Of a DNA stretch of 64,000 nucleotides, positions 56,525 through 64,000 are shown piece by piece. Position 1 is the first letter of the stretch. Each line of letters begins with the position of its first letter. The translations under genes were made by a program, and so were the position numbers. Source of the stretch: Spirochaetota bacterium (lineage in GTDB: Bacteria > Spirochaetota > Spirochaetia > Treponematales > Treponemataceae); assembly GCA_029569885.1 (NCBI GenBank), contig JAKQSN010000034.1, forward strand, positions 1,137 through 65,136, in the 5' to 3' direction. The notes under the pieces are model-generated. The model ran no database searches and was not told the DNA's origin. It saw only the letters and a program-made list of their open reading frames with translations.

Positions 56525-58105
56525 ATGAAGAAAATCATCACGTTCTTGACTTCTGCCCTTCTGATTGCCTCAATGGTTTTTGTCAGCTGCGGCGGAGCCT
56601 CGGCTTCCAAAGGCGCCGAGTTCATTATCGGAAACGGAACCGAGCCCCAGAGTCTCGATCCTTCGAAAATCGAAGGCGTTCCCGAGCATCGTATCTACAT
56701 GGCCCTGTTCGAAGGTCTTGTAGCCTATAATCCCGAAACCGCGAATGCGGAACCGGGCGTTGCCGAAAGCTGGACTATCAGTCCCGACGGTACTGTCATC
56801 ACCTTCAAGCTCCGCAAGGCAACCTGGAGCGATGGCGTTGCGATCACCGCAAAGACTTTCGTCGATTCATGGCTCCGCACGCTGGATCCGGAAACCGCTT
56901 CGAACTATGCCTACATGATCGGCATGGTTGTTAAAGGCGCCGACGCATACAACACCGGAAACGGTCCCCGTGAAGGTGTCGCAATCAAGGCTGTGGACGA
57001 CTACACCTTCGAAGTGACCCTGACCGGTCCGGCTCCGTATGCCCTCGACATGATGGCGCATTATGCGTTCAGCCCCCTGCCGATGCACGCCATCGAGAAA
57101 TTCGGCGCCGACTGGATCAAGCCCGGCAATTTTGTCGGTAATGGACCGTTTGTGCTCGAAGACTGGGCTCCCCAGGAGAAGCTGACTGTTGTTCCGAATG
57201 CAAAGTACTGGGACAAGAAGAATGTATTCCTTTCGCGCATCACCTTCCTTCCGATCGACGATAACAACACCGCCTATTCGAAATTCCTCGCTGGAGAAAT
57301 CGACTGGAACGCGAACCCGCCCTTGTCGATGCTTGATGAAATCAAGCTTCGCGACGATTACGTTGTAACTCCGCAGGTTGCGACCTATTACTATGTATTC
57401 AACGTAACCAGGGGACCGCTCCAAGACGTCCGTGTCCGCAAGGCGCTCAACATGGCAATTGATAAGCAGGAACTTGTCGACAAGGTTATGAAAGCCGGAC
57501 AGCTTCCCGCAGATTCGATCGCTCCCGTGATGGCCGGCTATACCCCTGCCAGGGGCAATCCCTATAATGTCGAAGCCGCGAAAGCTCTTCTTGCCGAAGC
57601 AGGGTACCCGAACGGAAAAGGTTTCCCCAAGCAGACTGTTATTTACAACACGAGCGAAGCCCACAAGATCGTTGCCGAATACATTCAGCAGGTTTGGAAG
57701 ACTACGCTCGGGATCGACATTCAGATCCAGAACGTCGAATGGAAAACCTTCCTTGATCAGCGCCATAACCACGACTTTGAAATTGCCCGCGCCGGTTGGG
57801 TCGGAGACTATCAGGATCCGAACACCTTCCACGAGATGTTCCTGACCGGAGCCGGAAATAACGACGGAGCCTACTCGAATCCGAAGTATGACGAGCTTGT
57901 CCGCAAGGCAGGAACCATGCCCGGCGGTGCGGAGCGCATGCAGGTTCTCCATGATGCAGAAGAGATTCTCATTACCCAGGATCAGGCTGTTATGCCTCTG
58001 TACTTCTACGTTGATCAGCACCTGATCGATACGTCAAAGTGGACCGGCTGGTACCCGAACTCGCTCGGAATCCATCCCTATAAGGGAATGAAGAAAGCAA
58101 AGTAA
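56525..58105 (+). CDS. oppA: oligopeptide ABC transporter substrate-binding lipoprotein
   Basis: Lipobox FVSC; EPQSLDP, LFEGL, GNGPF, RAGWVGDY. Confidence 0.93.
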   Translation: MKKIITFLTSALLIASMVFVSCGGASASKGAEFIIGNGTEPQSLDPSKIEGVPEHRIYMALFEGLVAYNPETANAEPGVAESWTISPDGTVITFKLRKATWSDGVAITAKTFVDSWLRTLDPETASNYAYMIGMVVKGADAYNTGNGPREGVAIKAVDDYTFEVTLTGPAPYALDMMAHYAFSPLPMHAIEKFGADWIKPGNFVGNGPFVLEDWAPQEKLTVVPNAKYWDKKNVFLSRITFLPIDDNNTAYSKFLAGEIDWNANPPLSMLDEIKLRDDYVVTPQVATYYYVFNVTRGPLQDVRVRKALNMAIDKQELVDKVMKAGQLPADSIAPVMAGYTPARGNPYNVEAAKALLAEAGYPNGKGFPKQTVIYNTSEAHKIVAEYIQQVWKTTLGIDIQIQNVEWKTFLDQRHNHDFEIARAGWVGDYQDPNTFHEMFLTGAGNNDGAYSNPKYDELVRKAGTMPGGAERMQVLHDAEEILITQDQAVMPLYFYVDQHLIDTSKWTGWYPNSLGIHPYKGMKKAK

Positions 58106-58313
58106 CAGAAGAAAATCTTCTGTCTGCAAAATGGATTCTGATGGCCGTGTCATCGGTTTTTTCCGATGATACGGCCGGTTCACTGAAACCGGCTTAAGTC
58201 CGGTTTCGGGGCCGGACCAGCTTGAAGCCTGATCGTTCATGCGATTCTGCCGACTGTTTTTCCGGCCCTCAGTTTTTTTAGTGCGCAAATCAAATTCTTC
58301 CAGAGGCATTTTC

Positions 58314-59243
58314 ATGTCAAGATTTATTATTCGCCGGTTGCTCAGCCTTATTCCGACATTATTTATTATTGTTACGCTGAGCTTTTTTATTATCCGCATC
58401 GCCCCCGGTGGGCCTTTTTCAAGTGAAAAGCAAGTACCTCCGGAAGTCCTGCAGAATATTCTTAAAAAATACCACATGGATGAACCGCTTCCAATGCAAT
58501 ATGTACGGTATTTGAAGGATATGCTGAAAGGAGATCTTGGCCCGTCATTCCGGTACAAGGATTACAGCGTCAATGAATTGATTGGCAAGAGTTTGCCGAA
58601 TTCGATGTTCCTTGGCGTTGTTTCGCTTGCCCTTGCGCTTGTATCAGGCATTGCGGTCGGCATCGTTTCTGCCCTCAAACAAAACTCCTGGGCTGACTAT
58701 CTTTTTATGTCAATTGCTGTCGTTGGTATTTCTCTTCCGCTTTTTGTCATCGGTCCCATACTGATGTTTATTTTGGCAACATGGCTTGATCTGCTTCCTA
58801 CTTCGGGCTGGATTACTGACCGGAACGGTCTTAAAACGCTAATAATGCCTGCGCTTACTCTTTCGTTTCCTTATTTTGCCTATATCGCTCGCCTTTCACG
58901 CGCGAGCATACTTGAAATACTGCGTTCCGATTATATCCGTACTGCCCGGGCAAAGGGCCTCAAGGAGTCGGTCGTTGTCGGAAAACACGTACTCAAGGGA
59001 GCAATGCTTCCCGTAATAAGCTATCTCGGACCTGCCTTTGCAGGAATTATCACCGGATCTGTCGTTGTGGAAAAAATATTCCTGGTACCGGGGCTTGGCG
59101 GTTTTTTCGTCAATTCGGCACTCAATCGGGATTATACCTTGATAATGGGCACTGTAATTGTGTATTCGGTAATTCTGGTGCTTATGAATTTCGTCGTTGA
59201 TATTCTCTACGGCGCAATCGATCCGCGAATTTCGTACAAGTGA
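58314..59243 (+). CDS. oppB: oligopeptide ABC permease
   Basis: APGGPF, GDLGPSF, DYIRTARAKGL, DPRI. Confidence 0.94.
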   Translation: MSRFIIRRLLSLIPTLFIIVTLSFFIIRIAPGGPFSSEKQVPPEVLQNILKKYHMDEPLPMQYVRYLKDMLKGDLGPSFRYKDYSVNELIGKSLPNSMFLGVVSLALALVSGIAVGIVSALKQNSWADYLFMSIAVVGISLPLFVIGPILMFILATWLDLLPTSGWITDRNGLKTLIMPALTLSFPYFAYIARLSRASILEILRSDYIRTARAKGLKESVVVGKHVLKGAMLPVISYLGPAFAGIITGSVVVEKIFLVPGLGGFFVNSALNRDYTLIMGTVIVYSVILVLMNFVVDILYGAIDPRISYK

Positions 59244-60313
59244 GGACTGTGATGGAGAATACTGTGAACAATACCGCAGCCAAAGACACGAACGAATTCG
59301 ATCAGACAGTGAAACCGGTTTCGCTGTGGGCTGATGCCTGGAAACGCCTGAAAAAGAATAAAATGGCGTTAGCCGGCTTGTGGATAACAATCGCCTACAT
59401 ACTGATAGCCGTTCTGGCTCCTGTGTTACCGTTCTATCCCTATGAGGAACAGGTTATCGCACACCAGAATCTGCCGCCATCGCTAAAGCCCGCCGGCGAA
59501 GTGATGCTGCGTTCAACTGAAGCCTATATGTATAAAGTGGCAAAAAAAGAAAAGCGGACCGGCCTTAGCGAGGAGCAGCAGTTTAAGCTTGCAGAAATGC
59601 AGGAAGATGTCAGAACGAACCCGGTGCACCAGAGACGATACCTTCTCGGTACTGATGCCTTAGGCCGCGACACGCTTTCGCGCGTTATTTACGGCGGTCG
59701 AGTATCTATCATGATCGGCTTTATCGGAACGATTACTGCCCTGCTTGTCGGAATCTTGATCGGCGCAATAGCAGGATATATCGGAGGATGGGTCGACAAT
59801 CTTATCATGCGGTTTGTCGATATTATGTACGGTCTTCCGTACATGCTTATCGTTATCATTATGATGGCGATTCTCGGGCAAAATATTTTTATTCTGTTCA
59901 TTGCAATTGCTCTTGTTTCATGGCTTACCATTGCACGCGTCGTGCGCGGCCAGGTAATCAGTCTGAAAAGTGCGGAGTTCATCGAAGCAGCCCGTTCCAT
60001 GGGTGCACGAAAACGCCGAATAATTGTTAAGCATCTGCTTCCGAGCACTATCGGCATCATAATCGTGTATTCGAGCCTGTCTTTGCCGAGTTTTATTATG
60101 AACGAGAGCTTTCTCTCGTTCCTTGGTCTTGGCGTGTCGGCTCCGCTGGCTTCCTGGGGATCCTTGGTGTCGGAAGGCGTCAGCACGATGACCCTGTATC
60201 CCTGGCAGCTGTTAGTGCCTGCATGTACTATGACCATATTTCTGTTCGCCATGAACTTCCTTGGCGATGGTCTGCGCGATGCGTTCGACCCGCAGAGTAA
60301 AAATCGCCTCTAG
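59240..60313 (+). CDS. oppC: oligopeptide ABC permease
   Basis: LGTDALGRD, EFIEAARSMGA, ESFLSFLGLG, GDGLRDAFDP. Confidence 0.94.
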   Translation: MRTVMENTVNNTAAKDTNEFDQTVKPVSLWADAWKRLKKNKMALAGLWITIAYILIAVLAPVLPFYPYEEQVIAHQNLPPSLKPAGEVMLRSTEAYMYKVAKKEKRTGLSEEQQFKLAEMQEDVRTNPVHQRRYLLGTDALGRDTLSRVIYGGRVSIMIGFIGTITALLVGILIGAIAGYIGGWVDNLIMRFVDIMYGLPYMLIVIIMMAILGQNIFILFIAIALVSWLTIARVVRGQVISLKSAEFIEAARSMGARKRRIIVKHLLPSTIGIIIVYSSLSLPSFIMNESFLSFLGLGVSAPLASWGSLVSEGVSTMTLYPWQLLVPACTMTIFLFAMNFLGDGLRDAFDPQSKNRL

Positions 60314-60324
60314 GAGTTTCCAGG

Positions 60325-61308
60325 ATGACAGACAACGTTATTTTACGGGTCAAAGACCTTAAAACGTATTTCAAGCTCGACGACGGAATATTGAAGGCTG
60401 TCGACGGAGTAAGCTTCGATCTTCATGCGGGAGAAACCCTGGCGATTGTCGGCGAATCCGGTTCCGGCAAGAGCGTAACCAATCTTTCGATCATGAACCT
60501 TGTGCAGAGCCCTCCGGGCTGGATTGCCGGCGGAGAAGTCTGGTTTAACGGGAAGGATATTCTGAAAATGCCTCCGGAAGAAATCCGGACGATTCGGGGT
60601 AACAAGATCTCCATGATTTTCCAGGATCCGATGACCAGCCTTAATCCCTTTCTGAGAATCTCGACCCAGATGATCGAGACCATCGTACTGCATCAGGGAC
60701 TCTCCAAAAAGGATGCGAAGGACAAGGCGATTGAAATGCTCAAGATGGCGGGAATCCCTGCCGCCGAAAAGCGTGTCGACAATTATCCCCATCAGTTTTC
60801 AGGCGGTATGCGGCAGCGCGTTATGATCGCCATGGCCCTGAGCTGCAATCCTGAAATATTGATTGCCGACGAACCGACGAGTGCTCTGGACGTTACGATT
60901 CAAGCCCAGATTCTCGATTTGATCGGAGACCTCACAGCCCGGCTTGGTACTGCGGTTATTATGATTACGCATTCCCTTGGCGTAGTAGCTGGAATGTGCG
61001 ATACCGTCTGCGTCATGTATGCAGGCCGCGTCGTTGAACAAGGTCCGGTCGGGACGTTATTCTCCAATCCAAAACATCCGTATACCAAGGGTTTGATCAA
61101 ATCGGTTCCCAGGCTGGACAAGACTAACGATCAGCGGTTGTATTCAATAACCGGTCAGCCGCCGAATGTTATCAATCTTCCCGAGTGCTGCCCGTTCTAT
61201 CCGCGCTGCGAGTTTGTGAAAGAGGTATGCCGAAATACGTATCCCGCCACTGTTCATACGGCCGATGGTCTTGATGTCAGTTGCTGGCTTTATCCGGAGG
61301 AACACTGA
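60325..61308 (+). CDS. oppD: oligopeptide ABC ATPase
   Basis: [31 protein letters not shown]-terminal Cys cluster. Confidence 0.95.
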   Translation: MTDNVILRVKDLKTYFKLDDGILKAVDGVSFDLHAGETLAIVGESGSGKSVTNLSIMNLVQSPPGWIAGGEVWFNGKDILKMPPEEIRTIRGNKISMIFQDPMTSLNPFLRISTQMIETIVLHQGLSKKDAKDKAIEMLKMAGIPAAEKRVDNYPHQFSGGMRQRVMIAMALSCNPEILIADEPTSALDVTIQAQILDLIGDLTARLGTAVIMITHSLGVVAGMCDTVCVMYAGRVVEQGPVGTLFSNPKHPYTKGLIKSVPRLDKTNDQRLYSITGQPPNVINLPECCPFYPRCEFVKEVCRNTYPATVHTADGLDVSCWLYPEEH

Positions 61309-62306
61309 TGTCAGATCAGGATACACTACTTGAGGTTAAAGACCTCAAACTGCATTTCCCTTTTAGGGATGGATCATTTTTCAACGCTCAAAAAGGATAT
61401 ATTCGTGCTGTTGACGGAGTCTCCTTCAAGGTTCGCAAAGGCGAAACTCTTGGACTGGTAGGTGAGTCCGGCTGCGGAAAATCCACGACTGTACGGGCTA
61501 TCGCTCAGTTGTATAAACCCACCTCGGGCAAGGTGCTGTTCAAAGGCCTCGATCTGGTTTCTGCATCATCGAAAGAAATGATGCGGGCACGCAAGGACAT
61601 GCAGATGGTTTTCCAGGATCCATACGCATCACTCGATCCGCGGATGACTGCCGGCGATATCATTGCCGAGCCGCTCGAAATTTTTAATGGGAGAAAGATT
61701 ACCAATTACAGCAAGAAGGAAATGGTCGAACGGGTGGAGTACCTTATGGGAAAGGTCGGCCTTTCTCATTTTTTCCGGAACCGCTATCCGCACGAATTTT
61801 CCGGAGGACAGCGTCAGCGCATCGGCATTGCTCGCGCTCTGGCGCTCAATCCGGAACTGATTCTTGCAGACGAGCCGGTCAGTGCGCTCGATGTGTCTAT
61901 CCAGGCGCAGATTCTTAATCTGTTCAAGGATCTTCAGGAAGAGCTCGGTTTGACCTATCTCTTTATTGCGCACGATCTGGCCGTCATCCAATATATTTCG
62001 ACGCGAGTCGCGGTCATGTATCTGGGAATCATCGTGGAAGTCGCTTCTTCAAACGATCTGTACCGCAAGCCCCTGCATCCGTATACCCAGGCACTGCTTT
62101 CGGCAGCTCCAATTCCCGATCCGGAAATTGAACGGAAAAGGCAGCGGATCATCCTGACCGGAGACGTCCCGTCCCCCGACAAGGAGCGGCACGAATGTTA
62201 TTTTTACGACCGCTGTCCAAAGCGGATGGATCGGTGCAAGAAAGGTATTCCTCCGCTTATCGAACAGTCAGACGGGCATCAGGTTGCCTGCTTCCTGTAC
62301 GAGTAA
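61308..62306 (+). CDS. oppF: oligopeptide ABC ATPase
   Basis: [33 protein letters not shown]. Confidence 0.95.
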   Translation: MSDQDTLLEVKDLKLHFPFRDGSFFNAQKGYIRAVDGVSFKVRKGETLGLVGESGCGKSTTVRAIAQLYKPTSGKVLFKGLDLVSASSKEMMRARKDMQMVFQDPYASLDPRMTAGDIIAEPLEIFNGRKITNYSKKEMVERVEYLMGKVGLSHFFRNRYPHEFSGGQRQRIGIARALALNPELILADEPVSALDVSIQAQILNLFKDLQEELGLTYLFIAHDLAVIQYISTRVAVMYLGIIVEVASSNDLYRKPLHPYTQALLSAAPIPDPEIERKRQRIILTGDVPSPDKERHECYFYDRCPKRMDRCKKGIPPLIEQSDGHQVACFLYE

Positions 62307-62377
62307 CGGACAGGAAGCGCAAACGGAGCCTGAATTTTTCGGGTGTGCGAACGGAGCCTCAGTGCTTTGAATGTGCG

Positions 62378-62824
62378 TCAGTTTTGAACTGAAAGATCGC
62401 TCTGCTTTTCGAGTCTTTCGATGAGCGGAGCGATTTTTTTTTCCGGAGCGATTTCCACAACCTTGGTGCTTCCGTCCACAAATTCGACAGTGATTCGCAT
62501 CCATACCGTTTTACGGAAGCCGCGTTCGAAACGTGATGCGTGAATTGAACGAACGTCAGAAAAGTTCCAGGAGCTCGAATGTGCGGCAAAGGTCAAACCG
62601 ATCCGATGAGAAACGATGTTGCCTTCAGTGTCGAAACGCCACGCATCCTCGACAAGCGAAAGTCCGAGGCAAACGAATCCGACCGCAAGCGGGAAGAGTG
62701 AGTTGCCATTTTCCATGCGGTCCAGAACATGGACGGCGAACGAGCTGATGCTGAAAACTACATACACAAGACGGGTAGCAAACGATAATAAGCTGAATTC
62801 GATCCGTTCTGAAACTGTTGACAT
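62378..62824 (-). CDS. hypothetical membrane protein (two TM helices + small beta domain)
   Basis: Two hydrophobic helices then a beta-rich tail; start uncertain. Confidence 0.55.
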   Translation of the reverse strand: MSTVSERIEFSLLSFATRLVYVVFSISSFAVHVLDRMENGNSLFPLAVGFVCLGLSLVEDAWRFDTEGNIVSHRIGLTFAAHSSSWNFSDVRSIHASRFERGFRKTVWMRITVEFVDGSTKVVEIAPEKKIAPLIERLEKQSDLSVQN

Positions 62825-62943
62825 ACTGCGACTATACGAACCGGAACCTGCTGTGTCAATCAATACAATGCAATTGCACAAGTAACCGAGAATTGCCAAA
62901 TCCCGGTTGAGATTGTGCCGTCAGTGACTTATACTGAATTGAA

Positions 62944-64000
62944 ATGAAAAATTATCAATTCAATAGCCGCTTTTTTTTACTTGTTTTATTGTCGTTACTG
63001 CCGTTTTCTTTTTTTGCCGAATCCGAATTAGCCCAGAATGTTATGACTATTTGGACGGACAGGGAAGGCTTGCCCTCCGATACAATTCTTGATGTTGTAC
63101 AGGACAGTGTCGGATATATCTGGTTAGCTTCGTATGATGGTCTAGTGCGATTCGACGGCGACAAATTTTCGGTTATGAGCGAGTCTTCCGACGGTTTCGA
63201 CGGAAAAAGTGCACGCGTCCTTGAACTTGGCGAAGACGGTTCTTTGTGGATAGGAACCAACACTGCCGGCTTGTACCGGTATGCCAAAGGTGCATTTACT
63301 CACTACGGAAAAGAACAGGGACTGCCGGATCTTTCGGTTCGATCTCTTGCAATCGATTCCGGAGGGCGCGTGTGGGTCGGTACGGCTAACGGTGTTTCGC
63401 GTCTCGAAGGCAAATCATTTGTTTCCGTTGTACCAGCCGGTACGCCCGCTTTCGGCATAGCCAATTTTTTGATACCGCTGCACGATGGATCCGTCATTGC
63501 GGGAACCAATCTTTCCGGTCTGTGGCTTATATCGTCTCAGGGTTTGCGTCCGTATCTTGAAACACAGGGGATGAAGGAATGGTCGTTTTCTGCCGGCATG
63601 CTCGACAGAACCGGCCAGCTCTGGCTTGGAACCAGTACCGGCCAGATTTTCAGAGTGTCGCAGAATTTGATTCGCGACCGAATAAACCTTGAACAGTTGT
63701 CCGGCTCCAGTATCAATACATTCTATACAGATAATGCGGGGTATATGTGGATAGGCACGGACAGGGGAATCGTGTCTCGTACCGGTACCGATTTTGAGTT
63801 CTTTTCCGAACAGCAGGGCTTGCCGAGCAATGTTGTTTCATCGCTCTGGCGGGACCGTGAGGGAAATCTGTGGGTTGGAACCGAACGCGGGGGCCTGGTA
63901 AAGTTCAGCGCCGGCAAATTCGTAAATACGTCCCGCGAGGATGGCCTAATCAGCGATGCAGTAAATGCAGTTACAGAAGATCGCTATCGAAGCGTCTGGG
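62944..64000 (+). CDS. ligand-binding beta-propeller (Reg_prop) sensor protein, partial
   Basis: Manual translation: signal peptide, then repeats GLPSDTILDVVQDSVGYIWLASYDGL, GSLWIGT, GRVWVGTANG, GNLWVGT; runs off the window. Confidence 0.88.
   Translation, partial: MKNYQFNSRFFLLVLLSLLPFSFFAESELAQNVMTIWTDREGLPSDTILDVVQDSVGYIWLASYDGLVRFDGDKFSVMSESSDGFDGKSARVLELGEDGSLWIGTNTAGLYRYAKGAFTHYGKEQGLPDLSVRSLAIDSGGRVWVGTANGVSRLEGKSFVSVVPAGTPAFGIANFLIPLHDGSVIAGTNLSGLWLISSQGLRPYLETQGMKEWSFSAGMLDRTGQLWLGTSTGQIFRVSQNLIRDRINLEQLSGSSINTFYTDNAGYMWIGTDRGIVSRTGTDFEFFSEQQGLPSNVVSSLWRDREGNLWVGTERGGLVKFSAGKFVNTSREDGLISDAVNAVTEDRYRSVW

Noticed and set aside
56867-58021. Long antisense ORFs (also 10854-11825, 18836-19825, 28665-29678, 15406-16350)
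   Set aside because: Shadows of well-supported genes on the opposite strand, with no motifs of their own.

Overview
A gene-dense chromosomal window, most consistent with an anaerobic Treponema-like spirochaete. This assignment is inferred from spirochaetal-style lipoboxes, a second recycling-type EF-G, an alpha2-type GlyRS, a FadL-like barrel plus lipoprotein pair and a 2[4Fe-4S] ferredoxin. Left to right it carries: a plant-polysaccharide/xylose locus (xylulokinase, AraC, GH5, sugar ABC, GH43, LacI); dCMP deaminase; Lon; a YtrA/GntR-ABC operon; GH3; EF-G2; a hybrid histidine kinase with two receiver proteins; gltX; a signalling island; glyQS; ROK; an aldo-keto reductase; nadE; tyrS; a ParB-like protein with PBP1A; an M23 cluster; ferredoxin; an AAA ATPase; a RimK-like ligase; lspA; tRNA-Lys(UUU); mtaB; bactofilin; tyrA; pta; oppABCDF; and a partial beta-propeller sensor. 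The best candidates for under-described biology are: (1) a Rab-like small GTPase translationally coupled to a longin/roadblock-like-TM-OmpA protein, converging on a PAS-like/HD-GYP phosphodiesterase (25580-29615); (2) an unannotated ~88-nt sRNA with a sigma28-type promoter, a C-rich anti-Shine-Dalgarno loop and an intrinsic terminator (40058-40176); (3) a stand-alone ParB CTPase-fold protein with an amphipathic tail behind PBP1A; (4) two diverged copies of a structured intergenic element with covarying stems. I saw no CRISPR array, transposase or integrase. All calls come from reading motifs by eye; no database search was run.
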